Assembly: GCA_965645245.1 (NCBI GenBank)
Contig: OZ287088.1
Location: 620,001 to 684,000 of the forward strand
Source: Massalongia carnosa
Taxonomy: Eukaryota
DNA: 64,000 bases
Reading direction: 5' to 3'
The translations under genes were made by a program, and so were the position numbers. Shown here piece after piece: positions 12,686 to 25,193 of the stretch (positions are counted from its first letter, which is position 1; every line of letters begins with the position of its first letter). The notes beneath the pieces were generated by a model. That model was not told where the DNA came from. It did not search any database and was given only the letters and a program-made list of their open reading frames with translations.

Positions 12686-15600
12686 TTTTTATTTTATTTA
12701 TTCATTAAGTGTATTCAACCTAAGGTTATGACACTAAACTATTTTAAGATATGGTTTTATTTTACAAATAAATCAATCAACCCTTTATAACCCAACTATG
12801 TATTGTCAATATTGCCCCGTTTTTACTCCGTGTTAGTAACAACCTTTAGTAATCGAAATATCGATTTTACAATTTGTTTTTGTAAAGCTCGTAAATATTC
12901 CAGCATAAATCATTTCTAATTTTACTGTTCGATCTCTCCCCAATCTCCCGTTACGATATTTTAGTCATCGAGCTGACCTAAAATCCATTTTCTAGTCGCG
13001 ATTTTGTTATCAACAATAAATTTAATCAAAATATTATTTCCGATCCTAGTATTAAACAACATTTTTAAAGTAATTGTGGTATCGATATTTTGTTTCATGT
13101 TTAGGATTTCATTTGAATAATGTATGCAATTCATCAATAAGTATTCTGACGTTCGTTGCAGCGCCCTGTGCATTTTGACGAATTATAATCTTTCAATCGG
13201 TGCAGATATGATCGAAAATACCGTGTCCGAAATTCATTTGCATAATAGTCGCAAATATTAATTTCTAACAATTATTCGACAGATAATAAAAACTCGATTT
13301 GCCCGGCTGCATTTCGAATTTCTCATAGTATTTGCCTTTTCACTTGCATTGTTGCCATTGATTCGCCCATGTGGCTAACATATTTCGATTTATTTGACCC
13401 TATACATAATAAAATGTTATTATCAGAAGAGTCGACTAAGATTCGACTATGTTCCGCTTTTGCTGCTTTATCTGCAATATCATTTTCGACGATTTTCGAA
13501 TGACTAGGAATCCATTGTAGAACCACCTAATAATCGTTTCCGAATAAGAATTTCGAGATTTTTCGAATTTGTTTTGCGTAAGTATGATTTGTCAAGTTCT
13601 GAATTTCGTTTATCGCGTTTATGCTATCGGAAAAAATCCAAATCGTTTTTTCCAAATTGAAGAGAATATTCGCAATTGTCAATTTGTATGCCTATTTTAT
13701 TGCTTGTAGTATCGCATACAGTTCAGCGTTTTTAACGCTTGACTTTTTGTTTAATTTCCAGCTTTTCGAAATCGTATGATGTTTGAGGAGACAATCTTTT
13801 TCGATAAAACGATTGAAGTTATCGGTGAAATTGTTCCAATTTCGCGTAATTGGTGCAAATGTGACAGCGGAAGTTGAAAACTCGGTTTTTGATCCATCGG
13901 TATAGAGTAACATTTGCGATTTATCGGCGTTTATTGATTGAATTTTTGATAAAGTCGAATAATAACTTGACTTTGCTGTTTCTTTTGATCTTTCGATTTG
14001 GAACTTGATTTTACAAGACGGCTTCCATAGTTTGATGAAATTATTTACTGATACGAATTCATAAGTTTTGTGAAATCTATCCGAAACGGAATTAAGAATA
14101 CAGATAAGCTGACTAGGATGAGGTTTACTCGATTTTTTCTCGTCTTCGTTCCATTCAGCATATCTGTTGTTCCATAAACTAGTGTCAAAACCGATGTTTT
14201 CTAATTTCACCGAGTAGGTACTGGGAATTCTTTGACAAATAGGATTATTTTCGGCAATCTTCAATAATAGAATTGCGTATTTTTGATTTTTCATCAACAA
14301 TCGTAGCTTGGCTGGTAAATTATGCGATTCAATTTCCATCACCTGAACAGGCGTGGTTTTGAATGTACCTAAAATATTTCGAATCATTCGATTTTGCAGA
14401 TTCTGAAATAGCTTTTCATATTTCTTTTGACAGTTATACAAGATTTCTGAGCCATAGTATGAAATAGGAATAATGCATGACAAATAGAGCTGTCTGCATG
14501 CAGTTGGCTTTAGTCCCCATTCAGACTTCATCAAATTTTGAATTGCGAAAAACGATCGATTTGCAGAAGCAATTCGCGTTTCGAGGTGTTTTTCGTAATT
14601 TAGTTTTCGGTCTAACCAGACTCCTAACCATTTGACAGAATTTTTCGGTTCTAGTATTGTCCCGTTTGGTAATTGCACTTTGTCTTTTGATTCATTTCTT
14701 GACTTTTCGAAGTGAATCATCTCAGATTTGTTGTAATCAAATTTGACATTATTCGTTGCGGCCCAATCAAAAGATGTTTTGACGATAATTTCGATTTCTT
14801 TGCAATTCTGTTTGGCAGTATTATTTTGGACATATATTGCAACATTGTCTATAAAGCTAGGTGTATGAGCATTGAATATCATTCGTATTTTCGGGAATAA
14901 GTAACGCATATAAATCAGAAATAGAATTGGCGAAATTGGTGAATCTTAAGGAATTCCAGATTCGATATAGTACGTTTTGCTTTTGTGTTCATCGAATATC
15001 AAATTGATCGATCGTTTTGTCATAAAACTCTTGACCCATTGAATAACTATGCGAGATAAATGCAGCTTTTTCATGAAATTTAGCAATTGATTAATCGAAA
15101 CAAAGTCAAATTCTTCTTTGACATCGAGTAATAGACATGATAAACGTTTTTGTTTCGGTTTGCGATTTCGATATCATGAACGACGTTCATTACCGCATCG
15201 ATTGCAGAATGATTTTTGCGTCCGCCCATTTGTTCGGTATCTAACAAGCTCGAATTTTCGCCGAGGTAGGCTAGTCGATTAGCAACTATTTTCTCCGCAA
15301 TTTTACCAAGACAATTCAGTAAGGTAATAATTCGATATGATTTTGGCAGCGAGTAGTCTGGTTTATTATGTTTTTTTAAAACTGCACCGAGTCCTGTTCG
15401 CCAACATAACGGGTGATAACCGATTTGTATAAATTTAGAATAAATAGTAAAAAACACGTTTTTCAATGGTTGAAACGATTTTTGAATTATTGTGAAATTG
15501 ATTGCATCAGGTCCACATGATTTCTTTGGATTAAACAAACTAGTCGCATTTTGCATTTCATTTTAGGTTAAATTCGGCCAATTGTTGTCATTTTCGCTGT

Positions 15601-15905
15601 CTTGATTCGTTAAATCTTCAATATTATCATCCGTTAACGGGATTTTTGTTTACATTGCTGACACAAACGTATCGCATTTGTGATCGAATTGAACATTTAA
15701 CTTATTTTCATATTGAATAGGTGGTATTTTTTCGAACATGCGCGGTTTAGTGTATTTATAAGCTGTAAATACGTCTTTATTCGCTGCGTTTTCGAGGAAA
15801 GCCAACCAAGTTTGCTGTTTCGCTTTTCAAATTGCATGAAAGTACTCGATTCGACTATGTCTAAATGTTTGATGACCAAAATAGGACGGATTATTCCATT
15901 CTCGA
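12686..15905 (-). mobile_element. Family B 3' half; its 5' part is now at 35392-39149
   Basis: T-rich tail at 12686, ORFs 13692-14909 and 15080-15556, ending at TSD tattccattctcga (15892-15905). Confidence 0.92.
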
Positions 15906-16822
15906 ACAGCTCTCACACACCAAAGACCACCTATCGAAACACAAGTACCGCAACTTTTGATACTCTAAAACTTTCACAGTCAATTGAACATCTCTTTCTC
16001 AGTCATTTGAGCTCCTCCAGAGCAAAAACGGACTCAGATTGAGTGTAGGAGAGCTCTAGCAAAGCTCCAGCAGAGATTTTCTGTTGGTCGCACGCGACAG
16101 ACGTGATAAAGCGCGCTCAAGAAGTTATAAAAAACAACAAATACCAACAATATCACCAAAAATCGCTCTTTTTTCTCACTTTCTTCTGTTCTGTTGTCGC
16201 ATGACCCTCAATTATTACTACAAGAATTATCTACAAAAAATATCTACTGTCGCGGTACTGTACAACAACTGTCGCGACGACCAACTTTTTTGAAGTTCAT
16301 TTCTCATTTAAGGTTACGGGAACTTCCGCAAGCTCAAATATTCACAGTATATTTCACGTATAATTTCTGCATATACCATTTTAGGCTTTATCGATCTCCA
16401 TTGAACGGCCGGTCAACAGATCACTGAAAAGAAGGGGAAAAACGTCTGGAATAGGATTATACCAAAGATCCTATTTCAGATTAATCAGAATAGGAAGTCT
16501 CTTATTATCTTACCTTGCCTTAGATCTATTTTTATCGCAAAAAAGCAAAAAAAAAACCTTTCATTATTTTCAACTATTGTAGTGTCTGGTAAAGGGTTAA
16601 ATAAGATTTACTGCCTAAGCGAGGAACGGTCTATTTTAACCCGATTAGGATTTATTTGACGAGTTATTGTCATATAAATAGGGATAGGAAAGCAAGAGTC
16701 GTTAGACCTGTAAATTGGTGTAAATTTCTATTCTGATTAGTACGTCCGGGGAACATTAGAATAAATTATTTGGTGGTGATAAAAGGGATATTGAAAAGGC
16801 ATATCGATTTATTTATTAAATC
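15906..16822 (+). promoter_or_regulatory. Family A ~900-nt structured 5' leader (internal promoter / translational element candidate)
   Basis: Second copy at 9710-10604. Several hairpins covary with the family B leader. Confidence 0.7.
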
Positions 16823-19800
16823 ATGTTCAATCCGGTACTCCCTAGGACTCGACGAATTATATCGAGAGCCTCCCCGGGAACACCCCTGAGCACTCCTCAA
16901 AACCCTCCCCGAATGGAATCTCCGGGGCTCTCGTCAGTAGGACTTATAGAAAAATCGCCTGTACTTGACGAGCCTATGGATCAATCACATGAATATTCGT
17001 CCGCCCCGACTACGCCGACGCCAAAAGCAACCAAATTCCAATCTGGACAATTTACTACCAATCTACCCATGCCATCGTTAAATTCTAATATAGAATTAAG
17101 CCCGCCCATCAAACGTAACAAACGAAAAACATTCTTTTTTTTTATTTTTTATTTTTTTATTTATTCATTAAGTGTATTCAACCTAAGGTTATGACACTAA
17201 ACTATTTTAAGATATGGTTTTATTTTACAAATAAATCAACCCTTTATAACCCAACTATCTATCGTCAATATTGCCCCGTTTTTACTCCGTGTTAGTAACA
17301 ACCTTTAGTAATCGAAATATCGATTTTACAATTTGTTTTTGTAAAGCTCGTAAATATTCCAGCATAAATCATTTCTAATTTTACTATTCGATCTCTTCCC
17401 AACCTCCCGTTTCGATATTTTCGTCATTGAGCTGACCTAGCATCCATTTTCTAGTCGCGATTTTGTTATCAACAATAAATTTAATCAAAATATTATTTCC
17501 GATCCTAGTATTAAACAACATTTTTAAAGTAATTGTGGTATCAATATTTTGTTTCATGTTTAGGATTTCATTTGAATAATGTATGCAATTCATCAATAAG
17601 TGTTCTGGCGTTTGACGTTCGTTGCAGCGCCCTGTGCATTTTGACGAATTATAATCTTTCAATCGGTGCAGATATGATCGAAAATAACCGTGTCCGAATT
17701 TCATTTGCATAATAGTCGCAATTATCAATTTCGAACAATTATTCGACAGATAATAAAAACTCGATTTGTCCGGCTGCATTTCGAATTTTTCATAGTATTT
17801 GCCTTTTGACTTGCATTGTTGCCATTGATTCGCCCATGTGGCTAACATATTTCGATTTATTTGACCCTTTACATAATCAAATGTTATTATCGAAGACTCG
17901 ACTGGATTCGACTATGTCCCGCTTTTGCTGCTTTATCTGCAATTTCATTTTCGACGATTTTCGAATGACTAGGAATCCATTGTAGAACCACCTGATAATT
18001 GTTTCCGAATAAGCATTTCGAGAATTTTCGAATTTGTTTTGCGTAAGTATGATTTGTCAAGTTCTGAATTTCGTTTATCGCGTTTATGCTATCGGAAAAA
18101 ATCCAAATCGTTTTTTCCAAATTGAAGAGAATATTCGCAATTGTCAATTTGTATGCCCATTTTATTGCTTGTAGTATCGCATAGAGTTCAGCGTTTTTAA
18201 CGCTTGACTGTTTGTTTAATTTCCAGCTTTTCGAAATCGTATGATGTTTGAGGAGACAATCTTTTTCGATAAAACGATTGAAGTTATCGGTGAAATTGTT
18301 CCAATTTCGCATAATTGGTGCAAATGTGACAGCGGAAGTTGAAAACTCGGTTTTTGATCCATCGGTATAGAGTAAAATTCGCGATTTATCGGCGTTTATT
18401 GATTGGATTTTTGATAAAGTCGAATAATAACTTGACTTTGCTGTTTCTTTGGATCTTTCGATTTGGAACTTGATTTTACAAGACGGCTTCCATGGTTTGA
18501 TGAAATTATTTACTGATTCGAATTCATCAGTTTTGTGAACTATATCCGAAACGGAATAAAGAATACGGATAAGCTGACTAGGATGAGGTTTACTCGATTT
18601 TTTCTCGTCTTCGTTCCATTCAGCATATCTGTTGTTCCATAAACTAGTGTCAAAACCGATGTTTTCGAATTTCACAGAATAGGTACTGGGAATTCTTTGA
18701 CAAATAGGATTATTTTCGGCAATCTTCAATAATCGAATTGCGTATTTTTGATTTTTCATCAACAATCGTAGCTTGGCTGGTAAAATATGCGATTCAATTT
18801 CCATCTCCTGAACAAGCGTGGTTTTGAATGTGCCTAAAATCTTTCGAATCATTCGATTTTGCAGATTCTGAAATAGCTTTTCATATTTCTTTTGACCGTT
18901 ATACCAGATTTCTGAGCCATAGTCCGAAATAGGAATAATACATGACAGATAGAGCTGTCTGCATGCAGTTGGCTTTAGTCCCCATTCAGACTTCATCAAA
19001 TTTTGAATTGCGAAAAACGATCGATTTGCAGAAGCAATTCGCGTTTCGAGGTGTTTTTTGTAATTTAGTTTTCGGTCTAACCAGACTCCTAACCATTTGA
19101 CAGAATTTTTCGGTTCTAGTATTGTCCCGTTTGGTAATTGCACTTTGTCTTTTGATGCATTTCTTGACTTTTCGAAGTGAATCAACTCAGATTTGTCGTC
19201 ATCAAATTTGACATTATTCGTTGCGGCCCAATCAAAAGCTGTTTTGACGATAATTTCGATTTCTTTGCAATTCTGTGTGGCAGTTTATTTTCGACATATA
19301 TTGCAACATCGTCTATAAAGCTAGGTGAATGAGCATTGAATTTCATTCGTATTTTCGGAAATAAGTAACGAATATAAATCAGAAATAGAATTGGCGAAAT
19401 TGGTGAACCTTGTGGAATTCCAGATTCGATATAGTACGTTTTGCTTTTGTGTTCATCGAATATCAAATTGATCGATCGTTTTGTCATAAAATGCTTGACC
19501 CATTGAATAACTATGCGAGATAAATGCAGCTTTTTCATGACATTTAGCAATTGATTAATCGAAACAATGTCAAATCCTCCTTTGACATCGAGTAATAGAC
19601 ATGATAAAACGTTTTTGTTTCGGTTTGCGATTTCGATATCATGAACGACGTTTATTACCGCATCGATTGCAGAATGATTTTTCCGTCCGCCCATTTGTTC
19701 GGTATCTAACAAGCTCGAATTTTCGCCGAGGTAGGCTAGTCGATTAGCAATTTTTTCTCCGCAATTTTACCAAGACAATTCAGTAATGTAATAATTCGAT

Positions 19801-22800
19801 ATGATTTTGGCAGCGAGTAGTCTGGTTTATTAGGTTTTTTTAAAACAGCACCGAGTCCTGTTCGCCAACATAACGGGTGATAACCGATTTGTATAAACTT
19901 AGAATAAATAGTAAAAAACACGTTTTTCAATGGTTGAAACGATTTTTGAATTATTGTGAAATTGATTGCATCAGGTCCACATGATTTCTTTGGATTAAAC
20001 AAACTAATCGCATTTTGCAATTCATTTTCGGTTAAATTCGGCCAATTGTTGTCATTTTCGCTGTCTTGATTCGTTAAATCTTCAATATTATCATCCGTGA
20101 ACGGGTTTTTTGTGTACATTGCTGACACAAACGCATCGCATTTGTGATCGAATTGAACATTTAACTTATTTTCATATTGAATAGGTGGTATTTTTTCGAA
20201 CATGCGCGGTTTAGTGTATTTATAAGCTGTAAATACGTCTTTATTCGCTGCGTTTTCGAGGAAAGCCAACCAAGTTTGCTGTTTCGCTTTTCGAATTGCA
20301 TGAAAGTACTCGATTCGACTATGTCTAAATGATTGATGACTAAAATAGGACGGATTATTCTTCCATTCTCGACGATGTCTACACATGATTTTTCGAAGTC
20401 CGGATAAATCTTGCGACCACCAATTTTCGATTTTGCGCATATTTTTGTCTTCGGAATAAACATTTCAGCCGCGTTTTTGATAACGTTTTGCAAATATAAC
20501 GCTGATTCATCAAATTGATAATTGTTCAATAGACTTTGTATTTGGGACTCGTAGTTTACTGCATTTTCGTCTAGAAACTTCGCGAATTTATCCCAATCGG
20601 CTTTATTGCAGTTGTATTTATTCGATAATGCGGTTGCGTGTGACGTCAAGTTCTTGAAAGACGCGATAAGTTCAAATCGAATAACTTCAACGATCTGAAC
20701 CCGTGACTGCGTTTTCATCGATTGACCAATTTGTAATTGCGTTTTCGATTTTAGAATTTGCAAATGTTAAATCAATAATAGATGAAGAGTTTCCTGAATG
20801 AGCAAAAAATGTATATAGATCAGGCCTATTTATCAAACTACAATTGTTTAATTTTAACCATTTGACTAGATTTTCTGATCGAATTGCATTTAAAATCTTC
20901 GAATTCCACCAGCTATGATGTGCATTGAAATCTCCACATATGACAAATTGATCAGTTGATATAGGTTGATATTTAACTAAAAGTCGATCGATTGTATATG
21001 TTTCTCGATCGTTTAGACTTTTTTCATTGTAAAGGTTAAAGATCTGCACTTTTCGAACTTCATCAATTGTAATTTCGATAATTTGCAGATCAGTATCGTT
21101 TATAAGATCCGTTCTAGGCGTGCATTGTAATTTTGGATTGCATTTTGGAACCGAATATAGCTACTCTCGGCCGATAAGTCGCTATTTTCGGCATAATACA
21201 TGTGAATGACGGATGGGAAATTGTTTTTTGATCTCGCGTCCATGGTTCCTGAAATAAAACAATATCAACACGATTTAATACTGCATATTCCAGACACTAA
21301 ATCATTGCATTCGTTGACTTTGCACAATTATGTTGAATAAATTTGACATTTTGTGTATTTTCGATATTTGTCAACGAATGTTGTCCCGCCATTAACCAAG
21401 CATTAATTCATCATTCGATTTTCTAGGATTTAGCGAGATAAACATTTCGCAACCTATATCGTTCGATTGATAATTTTTGTTGCAATTGACGCATTTCAGA
21501 ATTACATGTGCGCATGCGATTTTAGACTTGCATGTTGTGCATTCATGATTATGCGTTTCATGACTTTGTGCGCATATATTGCATTTTGCCGGACTTTTGC
21601 ATTGATAATGCTTATGTCCAAATTTCTGACAATTAATACATTGCGTGTTTGGACGAACGGAAGCAAATATTTCCGTGTCACAATGTCTACCCGCGATATT
21701 CACGCCTCTTAACGCGTTTGACGCTTGATTTTGATTATTGAAAGTCAAAACTACCGACGACGTGACTTTGTTTTGACGATCCCGAGCAAGCCATCTTGGT
21801 AAATCGCATAGTTGCATATTCGAATTGTATTTTTCGATTTCGGTTTGCAAATATTGCATGTTATTATCGAATAACGAGATATTTACTCCGTGTGCTATGA
21901 CTTTAAACCAGGATTCGTCTTTTCGAATTCTTTGTGATTCGAAAATGTGTTCCCATGAAGATTTATTTTTCAACAATTCTTCGGCATTGTTGTCAGGGCT
22001 AGTGGTGAGAACGATATTCTGACCGGTTTTGGACTTTTCAACAGTATTGACGATGATGTTTAAATTTGCGTTTTTTAATAGCGCGTTAATTTGATCACGC
22101 AACTTCATAGAGTCGATTTGAGCGTCAGGATTTTTCGGTGAAATCACGAGTCGTCTGGCCTTGATTGCATCAAATCGATCGACTTTGTTCGAATTATGAT
22201 TCGAACTTTTCCTTTGAATAGTAGTCCAATTTCCGGAGTTTTCGGTTGCTTTTCCAAGCATTTGACTCCATGTACCGGTTGTGCTAACATTGTTACCAGA
22301 GACCCCGGTGGCTCCTTTGCGAATGGTCTGATTTTCGATAATTGAATTTTCGTTCAATTTAACAACAGGTTTTTGGATTTTTGGACCATTCTGTAGTGGA
22401 GTCGTTTGTTGTTGTGACGTTTTTGAGGAAAGATGACTAGTTTGATCAAGTACTATGCCCATTTTATAGTTAATCATATCTAAGGATGTTTGTAAATTGA
22501 TTGATTTTTTCGAAATCAACGAATTAACGTTGTCAATTACGATAGCAGTTTGTAGATTTTGGTCCAGTACAAATGATTGCAATAATGCTTTTTTGGCCGA
22601 CTTTAGAAGCTCAATTGAATTTGCCCGATTGATCGCTTCTTGGCTATCTCTCGAATGTTCGTCAAATGTGCGTCTTTTATTTCGTTTGATTGGTGGGCTT
22701 GATCCAATGTTAAGTTCAATGAAGGCATCGGCAAGATAGTGGAAAATGGACCCGATGGGAATTTCGTTGCCTTTGGTGTCGGTGTTGACGGGGCTGATGC

Positions 22801-25193
22801 ATATTCGGGAGTTTGATCCATAGGTTCAAGACGGGGAGAGCTCCCTATCAACGCCACCGGAGATGGTCCGGGGGAGTGTCGGGGGGGGGCCGGGTAAGGG
22901 GTCGATAGGGGGGCGGGACCGGCTGGGGGTGGTGTCCTTGGTATATTCCGGCGGTTCATTACCGCGTTAAACATGGATTTATAAATAAATCGATGTTGCC
23001 TTTGCTATATCCCCTTTATCGCCACCAAATAATTTATTCTGACGTTCCCCGGACGTAATAGTCAGAATAGAGAGTTTTTACACCGATTTACTGGTCTAAA
23101 GACTCTTGCTTTCCAAACCCTATTTATTTGACAATAACAAGTCAAATAAATCCTAGTCGAGTTAAAATAGACCGTTCCTCGCTTAGGCAATAGATCTTAT
23201 TTAACTCTTTACCTTGACACTACGATATATGGAATATAATAAGAATTTTACGATCGAACAGAAAAATTTTTTTTTTTTTTTTAAAAAATGTTTTTGATCC
23301 AGAAATAAAAATCAAGTACAATGAGAGAGAGGAGACTTCCTATTCTGGTTAGCCTGAAACAGGGCCTTTGGTTTAACCCTATTTCAGACGTTTTTCCCCT
23401 TCGTTTCAGCAGATTGTTGGTCGGCAGTTCAACGAAAATCGAAAAAACCCAAAATGGAATAGTGTATACGGTACCGGTAACCTTAAATTTCAAATGAACA
23501 CCAAGAAGTTTTGTTGTCTCGAGAACAGGTTGTACAGTTACGCGACAGTGATGATATTTTGTAGATAATTTTTGTGATAATAGATGAGATCTATGCGACA
23601 ATTAAACCGAAGAAATATCGAAAATCGAGCGATTTTTGACGTTGTTGTTGGTGTTTTTGTGTTTTGTAGATTTTTTGGACGCGCTTTTTGGTGAAGGGGC
23701 GGACAGACCGCGAGGAAAACTCTGCAGGAGCAGTTAAAGAGCTCTCCTGTACCCAATTCTGATGGGTTTAAGCTTCTGGTAGGCTCAAATGAATGAGAAG
23801 AATGAGGAGAATAAGTTGAGAAAGTTTCAGTATATCAAAATATAGGGTACCGATGTTTTGGGGGTTGGCTTATTGCTGATGAGTGATCATGAATGCACTC
23901 GACACTGATAATGCTTAACGAAAAACATTCGACGAACGAGTAGAGGAAAGCCAAGAAGCAATCAATCGAGCACAATCGATTGGATTACTCAAAACGGCTA
24001 AAACCGCGTTATTGAAGTCATTTGTCTTAAATCAAAATCCAGAAACAGCAATAGTCATTGATAATGTCAATTCCTTATTGACAAAAAAATCAATTAATAT
24101 CAAAACAACACTAGACATGATGAATTGGAAATTGGACAAGGTAATTGATCAGACTAGTAATCGAACCTCAGAAACAACGCGAAAATCGACTCGGGTTCAA
24201 CAAGTCAATATGACTGAAAATCCAAATAAAGTCGTCAACACGAACGCACGAAAGGAAACCGCCGGGGTTACGAGTACAAAGGTCAATAACACGCCTCCAT
24301 CCTGGAGTCAAATGCTTGGAAAAGCAACTGCGAATTCCGAAAATTGGACCACTGTTTCCAGATCGAAAAGTTCGAGTCAAACCTCGAACAAACTCGACAA
24401 AACCGACGAATTAAATGCAATCAAACTCAGACGACTGATAATTACACCAAAAATTCAAATCGGCGATATCGACTCATTGAAACTTCGAGATCAAATCAAC
24501 GCGCAATTCAGCAACCCGAAGTTAGATATCGTAATCAACACGGTCGAAAAATCGAAAACCGGTCAGAATGTCGTTCTCACTACTAGTTCGAAAAACACTG
24601 CTGCAGAATTGTTGGAAAACAAATCTATATGGGAACATATGTTCGATGCACAAAGAATTCGAAAAGACGAATCCTGGTTTAAAGTGATCGCACATGGAGT
24701 AAATATTGCAACGTTTGATAAAAATATGCAATTTTTGCAAAATGAAATCCAGAAATTCAACCTTAACATGGAATTGTGCGATTTACCCAGATGGCTAGCG
24801 CGAGATCGCGAAAATAAAGTCAATTCTTCGGTCGTTTTGACTTTTAACGATCGAAATCAGGCCTTAAACGCGTTAAAAGGCGTAAATATCGCGGGAAAAC
24901 ACTGTGACACGGAAATATTTACTTCCGTTCGTCCGAATACACAATGTATTAATTGTCAAAAATTCGGACACAAGCATTATCAGTGTCGAAACAAATCAAA
25001 ATGCAATATTTGTGCACAAAATCATGAAACACGTAATCATGAATGCATAACATGCAAATCGAAAACTGCGTGTGCACACGTTGTTGTGAAATGTGCAAAC
25101 TGCAATAAAAATCATCAATCAAATAATGAACATTGTGAAATGTTTACTGCATTAAATCCACGAAAATCGGCTGACGAATTATCCGCCTTATAA
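16823..25193 (+). CDS. Family A ORF1 (gag-like, CCHC knuckles), split by the B insertion; 524 aa once rejoined
   Basis: 16823-17134 (104 codons) joins in frame to 23931-25193. Knuckles CINCQKFGHKHYQC, CNICAQNHETRNHEC and CANCNKNHQSNNEHC. Confidence 0.9.
21392..22974 (-). pseudogene. Family B ORF1 (gag-like, CCHC knuckles), one frameshift near 22710
   Basis: ORFs 22603-22974 and 21392-22582. The equivalent N-terminal region is in frame in the copy at 45571-46284. Confidence 0.9.
22975..23871 (-). promoter_or_regulatory. Family B ~900-nt AUG-free structured 5' leader
   Basis: No CAT on the + strand over the interval by manual scan. Second copy at 46285-47171. Confidence 0.7.

Larger units (their letters stand above)
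17135..23916 (-). mobile_element. Full-length (~6.75 kb) family B LINE, frameshifted, with 14-bp TSD
   Basis: TSD aacgaaaaacattc at 17121-17134 and 23917-23930. Tail at 17135, ORF1 22974-21392, ORF2 from 21392. Confidence 0.96.

Noticed and set aside
23281..23756. Leader ORFs (MSHRSH…, MGTGE…, MSHDPQ…) as an ORF0
   Set aside because: Non-AUG starts, and reading frames and stops differ among the four leader copies. Similarity follows nucleotide conservation.
23872..23916. CTGATGA…CTGA resembling a C/D snoRNA or hammerhead core
   Set aside because: Too short, lacks the hammerhead GAAA, and most of it is explained by snippets templated from nearby ORF1.
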